64,000 bases of DNA from an uncultured Actinomycetota bacterium (GCA_963780675.1 CAWACR010000003.1:981454-1045453), one strand, 5' to 3'; shown: positions 29,361 to 38,407, counted from the stretch's first letter. Numbers and translations are program-made. The notes: a model not told the origin generated them from the letters alone.

Positions 29361-29386
29361 TTGCCCCGACGACGATGGCGGGGCAA
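29361..29386. promoter_or_regulatory. inverted repeat TTGCCCCG-N10-CGGGGCAA in the larA-like / uxaC divergent region
   Basis: The arms are identical to the two halves of the palindrome at 17395-17408. Confidence 0.35.
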
Positions 29387-29394
29387 GGGCCCGC

Positions 29395-29418
29395 GGCAAC
29401 ACCCGGCAACCGATTGCC
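29395..29418. promoter_or_regulatory. candidate LacI-type operator (half-site + 14-mer) in the larA-like / uxaC divergent region
   Basis: GGCAAC-accc-GGCAACCGATTGCC, with a central CG. Confidence 0.45.
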
Positions 29419-29448
29419 GGTCCGTCGTCGCCCGGGCAAGCATGCGTC

Positions 29449-30858
29449 ATGGCCACGCTCACCCTGCATCCCGATCGCCTCCTGCCCGCCGACCCGACCA
29501 CCCGCGGCATCGCCCGTGAGCTCTACGCCGCGGTGCGCGACCTTCCGATCATCTCCCCCCACGGCCACGTCCCGCCGCAGTGGCTGGCCGACGACGTCCC
29601 CTTCGAGGACCCGACCTCTCTGCTCATCACGCCGGACCACTACGTGAACCGGATGATGCACGCGCACGGCGTGTCGCTGTCCGACCTGGGCGTGGGCCAG
29701 AGCGGGTTCACTCCTGAGCAGTCGCGCAACGCCTTCCGCATCCTCTGCTCGCACTGGAAGGCCTACCGCGGCACCCCGGTGAAATTCTGGTTCGAGTCCG
29801 AGCTCGTCGACATCTTCGGGATCGAGGTCGTGCCCTCGGCGGAGACGGCCGACGAGATCTACGACGCCATCGCCGAGAGGATCGCGACCCCCGAGTTCCT
29901 GCCGCGGGCCCTGTACCGGTCGTTCCCGATCGAGTTCATCGCCACGACCGATGACCCGTCCGACGACCTGCGCCACCACATCAAGCTCGCGGACGACCCC
30001 ACCTGGGACGGCTCAGTCGCCCCGACCTTCCGCCCGGACAAGTACCTGGAGCCCGCCACGCCCGCCTGGAACGGCCTCGTCGACCGGCTCGCCGAGGTCT
30101 CGGGCATCGACACGGGCACCTACGCCGGCTGGGTCGCCGCGATGGAGAACCGGCGCGCCTTCTTCAAGGCCAACGGCGCCGTCTCCACCGACCACTCCCA
30201 CCGCGACGCACGCGTCGAGCCGATCAGCGACGCCGAGGCCGAGCGCCTGTACGACCTGGCCCGCGCGGGAACGATCACGGTCGAGGAAGGCCACACCCTC
30301 CGCCGGAACTTCATGTTCCAGCAGGCCCGGATGGCCGCGGACGACGGCTTGGTCATGACGCTGCACCCGGCGGTCTACCGCAACCACCACAGCCCGACCT
30401 TTGAGAAGTACGGCGCCGACGTCGGTGGCGATATCCCGATGGGCGTGGAGTTCACCAACGCCGTCCAGCCGATGCTGTCGGCGTTCGGCACGGCCCCCAA
30501 CTTCCAGGTCATCTTCTTCACGATCGACGAGACCGTGTACTCGCGCGAGCTCGCTCCGCTGGCCGGCTTCTACCCGTCGGTCTACATCGGCGCCCCGTGG
30601 TGGTTCATCGACTCGCCCGAGGCCATGACCCGGTACCGCAGCGCGGTCACCGAGACGGCCGGCTTCTCCCGCACGTCGGGCTTCATCGACGACACCCGGG
30701 CGTACCTGTCGATCCCCGCCCGCCACGACACCAACCGCCGGATGGACTCGGGCTTCCTCGCGAAGCTCGTCGCCGACCACCGCCTGACCATGGACGAGGC
30801 CCTCGACACCGCCTACGACCTCGTCGTCACCAACCCCAGGAAGGCCTTCAAGCTGTGA
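29449..30858 (+). CDS. uxaC: glucuronate isomerase
   Basis: ATG at 29449 (MATLTLHPDRLLPADPTTRGIARELYAAVRDLPIISPHGHV...). The TIM-barrel UxaC family signature runs throughout, including FTIDETVYSRELAPLAG and WWFIDSPE. Confidence 0.9.
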   Translation: MATLTLHPDRLLPADPTTRGIARELYAAVRDLPIISPHGHVPPQWLADDVPFEDPTSLLITPDHYVNRMMHAHGVSLSDLGVGQSGFTPEQSRNAFRILCSHWKAYRGTPVKFWFESELVDIFGIEVVPSAETADEIYDAIAERIATPEFLPRALYRSFPIEFIATTDDPSDDLRHHIKLADDPTWDGSVAPTFRPDKYLEPATPAWNGLVDRLAEVSGIDTGTYAGWVAAMENRRAFFKANGAVSTDHSHRDARVEPISDAEAERLYDLARAGTITVEEGHTLRRNFMFQQARMAADDGLVMTLHPAVYRNHHSPTFEKYGADVGGDIPMGVEFTNAVQPMLSAFGTAPNFQVIFFTIDETVYSRELAPLAGFYPSVYIGAPWWFIDSPEAMTRYRSAVTETAGFSRTSGFIDDTRAYLSIPARHDTNRRMDSGFLAKLVADHRLTMDEALDTAYDLVVTNPRKAFKL

Positions 30859-32243
30859 GCGACACGACCACCCCCGCCCCCCGGCTCTCCCGGGCGGCCG
30901 GCCACGGCCGACCGGCCGCACCCGTGCGCATCGTGCACGTGGGCCTCGGCAACTTCTTTCGGGCGCACCAGGCCTGGTACACGGACAAGGCGCCCGACGC
31001 GGCCGAGTGGGGCATCGCGGCCTTCACCGGTCGATCGGCCGCCATGGCGAACGCTCTGAACCCGCAGGACGGCCTCTACACGCTCATCACCCGGGGTGCG
31101 ACCGACTCGTTCGACGTCATCTCGAGCGTCTCAGCCGTGCACGCGGCGTCCGACCACGAGGCCTGGGTCCGCTACTGGTCCTCTCCGGACCTCGCCGTCG
31201 TCACCCTCACGGTGACGGAGGCCGGCTATATGCGCGCCCCCGGTGGCGCCCTCGACACCTCGCGCGAGGACGTCCGGGCCGACATCGCAGCGCTGACGGC
31301 CGACCCGCTGGCCCCGGCGGCCACCGCGCCCGGCCGGATCGTCTCCGGCTACCTGGCGCGTCGCGCTGCCGGCGCGGGAGCGATCGCGATCGTGCCGTGC
31401 GACAACCTCCCCGACAACGGCCCGGCGCTGACGCGGGTGGTCGGCGACTTCATCGCGGCAGTCGACCCGACCCTGGCCGACTGGGCCGCCGAGAACGTGG
31501 CGTTCGGCACGACGATGGTCGACCGGATCACTCCGGCGACCACGGACGAGCACCGTCAGGCCGTTCTCGCCGCCCTCGGCGTGGTCGACGCCTCCCCGGT
31601 GCCGACCGAGCCGTTCAGCGAGTGGGTCATCTCCGGTGAGTTCCCGAAGGGGCGGCCGGCGTGGGACGCCGCAGGCGCGTCGATCGTCGACGACGTGGTG
31701 CCCTTCGAGCAGCGCAAGTTGTGGCTGCTCAACGGCTCGCACTCACTCCTCGCCTACTCCGGCACGATCCGCGGCCACGAGACCGTGGCCGACGCGATCA
31801 ACGACCCGGTGAACCGGGCCTGGGTCGAGGAGTGGTGGGACGAGGCGTCCCGCCATCTCACCCTTCCCGAGGCCGACGTCGCGGCGTACCGGCAGGCGCT
31901 CCTGACGCGGTTCGAGAGCCCCAACATCCGCCACGTCCTCGCCCAGATCGCCGCCGACGGATCCCAGAAGATCCCGGTGCGGATCGTCCCGACCCTGCGG
32001 GCCGATCTGGCCGCCGGCCGGGTGCCCGTGGGCGCGACGCGCGCCGTCGCCGCGTGGGTCTGCCACCTGCGCGGCCTCGGCGCCCCGATCAAGGACGCCC
32101 GCGCGGCCGAGGTCGCCCCGTTCGGTGAGGGCAGCCTGGAGCAGTCGGTCGAAAAGGTCCTCGCCTTCCTCGGCGACGATCTCGCCGCCGACGGGCGAGT
32201 GGTCGCCGCCGTGCTGGCGCACGCCCGCGGATTCTCGGCGTAG
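30855..32243 (+). CDS. uxuB: mannitol dehydrogenase-family oxidoreductase, fructuronate/mannonate reductase-like
   Basis: GTG at 30855 overlaps the uxaC stop (GTGA). IVHVGLGNFFRAHQAWY, TVTEAGY, VPCDNLPDNG, MVDRITP and KLWLLNGSHS are present. Substrate assignment rests on context only. Confidence 0.7.
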   Translation: MSDTTTPAPRLSRAAGHGRPAAPVRIVHVGLGNFFRAHQAWYTDKAPDAAEWGIAAFTGRSAAMANALNPQDGLYTLITRGATDSFDVISSVSAVHAASDHEAWVRYWSSPDLAVVTLTVTEAGYMRAPGGALDTSREDVRADIAALTADPLAPAATAPGRIVSGYLARRAAGAGAIAIVPCDNLPDNGPALTRVVGDFIAAVDPTLADWAAENVAFGTTMVDRITPATTDEHRQAVLAALGVVDASPVPTEPFSEWVISGEFPKGRPAWDAAGASIVDDVVPFEQRKLWLLNGSHSLLAYSGTIRGHETVADAINDPVNRAWVEEWWDEASRHLTLPEADVAAYRQALLTRFESPNIRHVLAQIAADGSQKIPVRIVPTLRADLAAGRVPVGATRAVAAWVCHLRGLGAPIKDARAAEVAPFGEGSLEQSVEKVLAFLGDDLAADGRVVAAVLAHARGFSA

Positions 32244-32257
32244 GGGGCGGCGGGACC

Positions 32258-33820
32258 ATGACGACCTCAGTCGACGAGGCCGGCCGGACCGGCGAGGCCG
32301 GCCCGGCGGCTGAGGTCGTCATCGGTCTCGACGTCGGGACCACCGCCACGAAGGCCGTCGCCTTCGAGCTCGGCTCGGCCTGGCGGTACACCGCCATCCG
32401 CGAGTACCCGCTCATAGCACCCCAGCCGGGGTGGCAGGTCCAGGAGCCCGCGGCGATCAGTGCGGCCGTGGTGAGCGCGCTGGCCGAGTGCGTGGCAGCG
32501 GTGGGCGGAGCCCCCATCATTGCGCTCTCCGTCAGCACCGCCATGCACGCGGTCATCGGCCTGGACGCGCAGCTCGAGCCCCTGACGTCGATGATCACCT
32601 GGGCCGATGCACGGTCCACGGCCGAGGCGCGCGGCCTGCGCGCGTCCGACCTCGCCACGGACCTCTACCGGACCTCCGGGACGCCCATCCACCCGATGAC
32701 GCCCCTGACCAAGATCATGTGGTATTCGCGCCGGGAGCCGGTGTTCACCTCGCGCGTGCGGTGGTGGGCCGGGTTGAAGGACTTCGTGCTGGTCACGCTC
32801 ACCGGGACGATGGCGACCGAGCTCTCGTCGGCGTCCGGCACCGCGATGCTCGACCTCACCACCCGGGACTGGAGCCCGCTGGCGATCGAGCTGGCGGGCA
32901 TCCGAGCCGACCAGCTCCCCCCGATCCTGCCGACGACGGCGACGCTCGGGCTCTCCGAGGCGGTCGCCGCCGCCGTCGGGCTGCCGGCCGGGCTGCCGGT
33001 CGTCGTGGGAGCGGGCGACGGCCCGCTGGGGAACGTCGGGACGGGCGCGATGGCGCCCGGCGTCGCCGGGCTCTCGCTCGGCACGAGCGGCGCCGTACGG
33101 ATGCTCGTGCCCCGGCCCACGCTCGACCCGGCCGGACGGCTCTTCTGCTACGCCCTGACCGAGGACCAGTGGATCGTCGGCGGCGCGGTGAGCAACGGCG
33201 GCGTGGTGGTCCGGTGGGCCGGCGAGGTGTTCGGCCACGGCCTCGGCGCCTCGGACGACACGCCGCACGACGCCGAGCTCCTCGCTCTCGCCGAGGCGGT
33301 CCCGCCGGGGAGCGACGGCCTGCTCATGCTGCCCTACCTGCTGGCGGAGAGGGCGCCGCTGTGGGATCCCGACCTTGCGGGCGCCTACCTGGGCATTCGG
33401 CACGGGCACACCCGCGGCCACTTCGTCCGCGCGACGGTCGAGGGCGTCGCGCTGCAGCTCTCGACCATCGTCGAGGCGCTCGACCGGATCGAGCCGGTGC
33501 GGTCCCTGCGGGCGACGGGCGGGGCGTTCCGCTCCGTGCTCTGGCGCCGTGTGCTCGCGGCCGCCCTGGGGCGTCCGGTCACCGTCACCGCGGGCGCCGA
33601 GGGCTCCGCGCTTGGGGTGGCCGCCCTCGCCCTCGTCGCCCTCGGGCGGGCGCCGGACCTGACCTCCGCCGTCGAGGCTCTCGGTCCGCCGACGGACGCG
33701 CGGCCGGTCGAGGTGCCCGAGGTGGCGAGCCCGGGCGAGGTCGCGTTCTACCGAGGGCTGCGGGCGTCGGTGCCGAGTCTCCTCGCGGCGTACGACGAGG
33801 TGGCACGGCTGTTCGCGTGA
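32258..33820 (+). CDS. gntK: FGGY-family carbohydrate kinase, gluconokinase-like
   Basis: VIGLDVGTTATKAVAF, GWQVQEP, TWADARS, GAGDGPLGNVGTGA and GGAFRS are present. The gluconate assignment is by resemblance to FGGY-type GntK and by context. Confidence 0.65.
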   Translation: MTTSVDEAGRTGEAGPAAEVVIGLDVGTTATKAVAFELGSAWRYTAIREYPLIAPQPGWQVQEPAAISAAVVSALAECVAAVGGAPIIALSVSTAMHAVIGLDAQLEPLTSMITWADARSTAEARGLRASDLATDLYRTSGTPIHPMTPLTKIMWYSRREPVFTSRVRWWAGLKDFVLVTLTGTMATELSSASGTAMLDLTTRDWSPLAIELAGIRADQLPPILPTTATLGLSEAVAAAVGLPAGLPVVVGAGDGPLGNVGTGAMAPGVAGLSLGTSGAVRMLVPRPTLDPAGRLFCYALTEDQWIVGGAVSNGGVVVRWAGEVFGHGLGASDDTPHDAELLALAEAVPPGSDGLLMLPYLLAERAPLWDPDLAGAYLGIRHGHTRGHFVRATVEGVALQLSTIVEALDRIEPVRSLRATGGAFRSVLWRRVLAAALGRPVTVTAGAEGSALGVAALALVALGRAPDLTSAVEALGPPTDARPVEVPEVASPGEVAFYRGLRASVPSLLAAYDEVARLFA

Positions 33821-33949
33821 CCACGGCTGTTCGAGTAGCGCAGTGCGGCGCCCCGGCTGTGAGCGGACGGCGTCGGGAAGGACGAGGCCGGCGCGGCCGG
33901 CGACGACGCGGCCCGAGAGGCCGACCTTGGAACGAAAGGGTGCACATTC

Positions 33950-35023
33950 ATGAAGCTCCGTCACGACGCGAAATGGTCCCTCGTGGTACCGACCTCCATG
34001 GGGATCCGGATCACCCCTGAGAACGGCCAGCCGGTCCACACCAGCGACCGCTTCCTCATGCAGGTCACCTCGGCCGAAACCAACGTGGCCGCCGTCCCCT
34101 CCTACCTCGGCATGCCGACGCTGGTGCTGACCAACTTCGTCCAGGACAGCCCCATCTCCGCGATGATCAAGTCGAACCTGCTGGCGCGGCACATGCAGTA
34201 CGAGGGCCCCGATGTGCCGCAGGGCGATGCCTGGGGATACCGCCACCAGTTCAACATCGCCGACTCCGGCTACGGCAGCCGCGGCCCTCGCGTGTGGAAC
34301 GACCGAGCAGGCGAGGTCGGGCGCACCCTGAACGTCAAGGACTTCGACCTCGACCGCGTCTTCGGCGACGAGGGGGTCAGAATCCTCCACATGTCCGGCG
34401 TCATCGCCGCCCTGTCCTCGGACACCTCGAACTTCTGCCTCGAGCTCGCGCGGGCCGCCAAGAAGTACGGCACGGCGATCTCGATGGACATGAACTACCG
34501 CGCGTCGTTCTGGAAGGGCCGCGAGGCCGAGTTGTCCGCCGCCTTCAAGGAGATCGCCGGCGAGTGCGACATCCTCATCGGTAACGAGGAGGACTTCCAG
34601 TACTGCCTCGGCTTCGAAGGGCCCGAGACCGGCGGCACGGGCATCGCAGGCAAGATCGACGGCTTCAAGGAGATGATGGACCGCGTCATGGCCGCCTATC
34701 CGAAGGCGTCCTTCTTCGCCACCACGCTGCGCGAGGTCCGCTCCGCCAACAGCCACATGTGGGGCATGCTCGTCTACGGCGACGGCGAGTTCCACGTCGC
34801 GGACCTCCGGGAGATCGGCGTCCTCGACCGCGTCGGCGGCGGCGACGGCTCGGTCGGCGGCCTCATCTACGGCATCCTCAAGGGCTGGCCGGCCGTGAAG
34901 TGCATGCAGTTCGGCTGGGCCACCGGAGCCCTGGCCGCCACGTCGATCACCGACTACGGCGCGCCGGCCGACGAAGAGCAGGTCTGGTCGATCTGGCAGG
35001 GCAACGCCCGCGTCAAGCGCTGA
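33950..35023 (+). CDS. PfkB-family sugar kinase, 2-keto-3-deoxygluconate kinase-like
   Basis: ATG at 33950 (MKLRHDAKWSLVVPTSMGIRITP...). The PfkB C-terminal motif DRVGGGDGSVGGLIYG is present. Confidence 0.65.
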   Translation: MKLRHDAKWSLVVPTSMGIRITPENGQPVHTSDRFLMQVTSAETNVAAVPSYLGMPTLVLTNFVQDSPISAMIKSNLLARHMQYEGPDVPQGDAWGYRHQFNIADSGYGSRGPRVWNDRAGEVGRTLNVKDFDLDRVFGDEGVRILHMSGVIAALSSDTSNFCLELARAAKKYGTAISMDMNYRASFWKGREAELSAAFKEIAGECDILIGNEEDFQYCLGFEGPETGGTGIAGKIDGFKEMMDRVMAAYPKASFFATTLREVRSANSHMWGMLVYGDGEFHVADLREIGVLDRVGGGDGSVGGLIYGILKGWPAVKCMQFGWATGALAATSITDYGAPADEEQVWSIWQGNARVKR

Positions 35024-35166
35024 TTCGCGCGCACCCACACCTCCGCGCGCACAACCGGTTGCGGAACTCCGTCATGAAGGAGTGAGGAACGCCGCGGTGG
35101 ACGAGGACTTCACCTCGCCGTCCGCGGCGAACACGCCCGCCTGGTGGTCAGAACACGTGGTGGTGG

Positions 35167-36027
35167 TCAGAACAACGAGCCGTACCCGAGGGAGAGGAGA
35201 TGGTCGCGGGACATCGCGAGGGACTCGAACGGGTCACGCCCGTACGTGTCGTCCTGCTCCACGAGCAGGTACTCCGCGCCGCCGGCCAGGGCCTGCTCGA
35301 TGATGGCGACCCAGTCGAGGTTGCCCTGGCCGACCTCCGCGAACTGCACCACACCGGTGAACGCGGACATGAAGGCACCGAAGTCGCCCGCCGCGAGGAA
35401 CTCCAGGGCGGAGATGGGGAACTGAGCGATCCGGTAGTCCTTGAGGTGCACCAGCCGCACTCGACCGGCGTACTGGGCGAGGACCTTCACCGGATCCAGA
35501 CCACCGCGGTGGATCCAGTGGACGTCGAGTTCCAGCCCGACCTCCGGTGCGGTCTCCGCGATGATGTCGAGCATGTAGCGCCCGTCGAACTTCGCGAACT
35601 CGATGTGGTGGTTGTGGTAGTAGAGGTCGATGCCCTCGCCGCCGAGCCGGCGGGCCATGTCATTGCTCTTCTTCGCGAAGTCGATCACCAGGTCCAGCGA
35701 CCCCATCGCGTCGAACGGCAGCATGCCGATCCGCAGGATCGAGGTGCCCAGGGTGCTGCAGTCCGCAACGATCTTCGCGAAGTCGTCGGTGAGAGACTCG
35801 AAGACCGCGCCGGGCTGCGTCGTCAGCATCGCCGACAGCGAGGCGATCTCCATCCCGAGCTCACCTTGGGCGCGCTTCATCTCCGCGACGTTCGCGGGCG
35901 TCATCGGGACCTGCGAGATCTCGATGGCGTTGTAGCCGAGGGCGCTCACCTTCCGCAGGGTCTCGAACGTGCCGACCTCGCCGAACGAGTTCTTGATCGT
36001 GCTGGCCTGGACGCCGAACTTCGCCAT
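35167..36027 (-). CDS. xylose-isomerase-like TIM-barrel protein (sugar phosphate isomerase/epimerase family)
   Basis: ATG at 36027 (MAKFGVQASTIKNSFG...). GYNAIEIS, HNHHIEF, HLKD and EQD carry the metal ligand-type residues typical of the AP_endonuc_2 fold. Confidence 0.75.
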   Translation of the reverse strand: MAKFGVQASTIKNSFGEVGTFETLRKVSALGYNAIEISQVPMTPANVAEMKRAQGELGMEIASLSAMLTTQPGAVFESLTDDFAKIVADCSTLGTSILRIGMLPFDAMGSLDLVIDFAKKSNDMARRLGGEGIDLYYHNHHIEFAKFDGRYMLDIIAETAPEVGLELDVHWIHRGGLDPVKVLAQYAGRVRLVHLKDYRIAQFPISALEFLAAGDFGAFMSAFTGVVQFAEVGQGNLDWVAIIEQALAGGAEYLLVEQDDTYGRDPFESLAMSRDHLLSLGYGSLF

Positions 36028-36044
36028 CGTCGTACTTCTCTCTC

Positions 36045-36092
36045 GTCGGTTCGTGAAGCAGTCGGTTCGTGAATCAGTCGGTTCAGGTCTCG
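36045..36092 (-). repeat. three tandem 16-nt units in the leader of the TIM-barrel gene
   Basis: Plus-strand units are gtcggttcgtgaagca, gtcggttcgtgaatca and gtcggttcaggtctcg. They lie 18-65 nt upstream of ATG 36027. Confidence 0.8.
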
Positions 36093-36127
36093 ACCGTTTC
36101 GTGGCCGGAACCTGCGGGGCCGCGCGA

Positions 36128-37213
36128 TCAGAGCGTGACGACGGTGCCGGTCCGGGCGGAGGAGTAGATCGCTCGGACGAGCTCGACGGCGTTGCGGCCC
36201 TCCGAACCATCGACGAGCGGCGTCCGGCCGCCTTCGACGGCGTCGATGAAATCGAGCAGCTGCCTGCGATGCGCCTCACCCCAGACGTCGGCCGGGTCGA
36301 CCTGCTCGGCGGCCGCCTCGGTGAGGGTCTCGTCGACCGCCTTCGTCGCCGCGCGTGTGCCGCCCATCGCGACCTGGAGGGCATGGGCATTCGCTCCTTC
36401 ACCGCCGAGCGGCTCTCGGCCGACGACGGCGAGCGCCGCCAACCTGTCCCCCTCGATCACGGCCCCGCCCGCCGTCCCGTGGATCGCGAGGCGCGCCGGG
36501 AACCCGGGATAGGCACTGGTCGACGCCATGACGGTGCCGAGAGCGCCGTTGGCGAACTCGATGGTGGCGCAGACCACGTCCTCGACCTCGATGCGCTCGT
36601 GCGCGGCCGTGCGGGCCTGGGCGTACACGGAGCGGACGGGCCCGCACGTCCACCGCAGCAGGTCCACGGTGTGGACGCCCTGGTTCATCAGGCAGCCGCC
36701 GCCGTCGAGCTCCCACGTCCCGCGCCAGTCGCCGGAGTCGTAGTACTCCTGGGACCGGAACCACGGCACGCGGCAGTCCGCCAGGATCAGCCGTCCCAGG
36801 TCGCCGTCGTCGATGGACCTCTTCACCAGCTGGGACGCCGGGTCGAAGCGGTGCTGGCAGATGACGCCGAGGGCCGTGCCCGAGACGCGCTGGGCCTCCA
36901 GCAGGAGGTCGCACGCCTCGACCGTGACCTCCATCGGCTTCTCCACGATCACGTGCTTGCCGGCGAGGAGGGCGGGCACGCCCACCTCGGCGTGCAGGCC
37001 GCTCGGGGTGCAGACCGTGACCGCGTCGATCGTGGGATCGGCCAGGACGTCGGCGTAGTCGGCGGCCCGGAGGCCGAAGCCCTGGGCAAGGGCGGCCGCC
37101 CGCGCCGGGATCACGTCGGAGCAGGAGACGAGCTCGGCGCGATCACCGAGCTGCTGCAGTGCCCGGACGTGGGTCGGCGCGATGACTCCGCAGCCGATGA
37201 GGGCGAATCGCAT
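36128..37213 (-). CDS. Gfo/Idh/MocA-family NAD(P)-dependent oxidoreductase
   Basis: ATG at 37213 (MRFALIGCGVIAPTHVRAL...). The Rossmann GxGxxA motif and EKP motif (VIVEKPM) are present. Confidence 0.8.
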   Translation of the reverse strand: MRFALIGCGVIAPTHVRALQQLGDRAELVSCSDVIPARAAALAQGFGLRAADYADVLADPTIDAVTVCTPSGLHAEVGVPALLAGKHVIVEKPMEVTVEACDLLLEAQRVSGTALGVICQHRFDPASQLVKRSIDDGDLGRLILADCRVPWFRSQEYYDSGDWRGTWELDGGGCLMNQGVHTVDLLRWTCGPVRSVYAQARTAAHERIEVEDVVCATIEFANGALGTVMASTSAYPGFPARLAIHGTAGGAVIEGDRLAALAVVGREPLGGEGANAHALQVAMGGTRAATKAVDETLTEAAAEQVDPADVWGEAHRRQLLDFIDAVEGGRTPLVDGSEGRNAVELVRAIYSSARTGTVVTL

Positions 37214-37257
37214 GGGTTGACCTGTTCTCGGATTCGGCAAGGGGGCGCTTCGCCCGG

Positions 37258-38085
37258 TCACCGGTAGGGAATGCCCTCGGTGTCGAGGATCGCTGTGAAC
37301 GCCTTGGTCGCGCGGATGAAGTTGTCGGGACCGGAGAACCCGCCGAGGTGGTGGGCGTCAGCCAGGTGCGGCTCCATCGAGAAGAAGCCGTCGAAGCCAT
37401 CGGCCGCGAGCGCTCGCACCGTCTCGCGGATCCGGCCGTCGCCCTCGCCGGCCGGGACCACCTCGGCCGTGGCGAGCACCGCGTCCTTGATCTGGATGTA
37501 GTCGGTGTAGGGGCGGAGCAGCTCGTAGCCTTCAGGGAAGGGCACGACGCCGCACTGCACGTAGTTCGCGGCGTCCCAGGCGAGCCGCAGGGCGGGCGAG
37601 CCGACCGACGTGACGATGTCGTGGACCCGGCTGGGGACGTCGCCGAAGATCTCCTTCTCGTTCTCGTGGAGCATGATGACGCCGCCCGCCTGCGCCTTCT
37701 CGGCGAGTGCGGCCATCCGCCGGATCACCTCGTCCCTGTGGTCCTCGGGCCGCTGCTCAGGGGTGAGGAAGAACGAGAAGACCCGGATGAACGGGGCGCC
37801 CAGTTCGCGCGCCACCCAGACGGCGCGGTCCATCCGCACCAGATGGGCGTCGAAGTCGTCCTCGATGTTGATCTTCCCGATCGGGGAACCGATGGAGGAG
37901 ACCCGGAGACCGTGCTCGGCAAGGATGCGCGTGGCGTCCTCGATCTGGGCGTCGGTGAGGTCCAGCACGTTCACGTCCCACGCGCTGCGGAACTCCAGGT
38001 AGCGGATGCCGAGGTCGTTCAGCACCGTGCACTGGGTGGCGAGGTCGGCGTCGATCTCATCGGCGAAGCCGGACAGCGTCCACAT
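37258..38085 (-). CDS. xylose-isomerase-like TIM-barrel protein (sugar phosphate isomerase/epimerase family)
   Basis: ATG at 38085 follows GGAGA (MWTLSGFADEIDADL...). YLEFRS, HENEKE and SMEPH are present. Confidence 0.75.
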   Translation of the reverse strand: MWTLSGFADEIDADLATQCTVLNDLGIRYLEFRSAWDVNVLDLTDAQIEDATRILAEHGLRVSSIGSPIGKINIEDDFDAHLVRMDRAVWVARELGAPFIRVFSFFLTPEQRPEDHRDEVIRRMAALAEKAQAGGVIMLHENEKEIFGDVPSRVHDIVTSVGSPALRLAWDAANYVQCGVVPFPEGYELLRPYTDYIQIKDAVLATAEVVPAGEGDGRIRETVRALAADGFDGFFSMEPHLADAHHLGGFSGPDNFIRATKAFTAILDTEGIPYR

Positions 38086-38187
38086 CGTGGGTCTCCGATC
38101 AGTTGCATGGCGGCACTCGTGCCGGTCGGCCGCACGGGCGGGACCGAACGAGCATGGGCCGACGCTAGAGACGGCTTCGACACGCGG

Positions 38188-38209
38188 CCATCGTTTGCCG
38201 TCTGTTGCC
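38188..38209. promoter_or_regulatory. candidate LacI-type operator (reverse orientation, right arm degenerate)
   Basis: The reverse complement reads GGCAAC-agac-GGCAAACGATGG. It lies in the divergent region between 38085 and 38455. Confidence 0.3.
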
Positions 38210-38407
38210 GCGCCGCTCCCCCGGGCCACTGCCCCGAGCCACTGCCCCGAACCGCGGGCCGGAGCGCGGGCCGACCTCACGGCGGGCGCTCCAGGCACAC
38301 GGCAACTCCAGGCAACAGGTGGTCCCCGCGTCCGCTGCCTGACCTAATGGGCGGCGGACGCGACGGGATTCGCGGGTGCGGTGATGCGCCGAACCGAGGT
38401 GCGAAAC

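Noticed and set aside
35050-35063. CACAACCGGTTGCG near-palindrome as another LacI operator.
   Set aside because: It resembles the operator core but sits between the 3' ends of two convergent genes, with no flanking half-site and no promoter to control. It is likely incidental, or at most a roadblock site.
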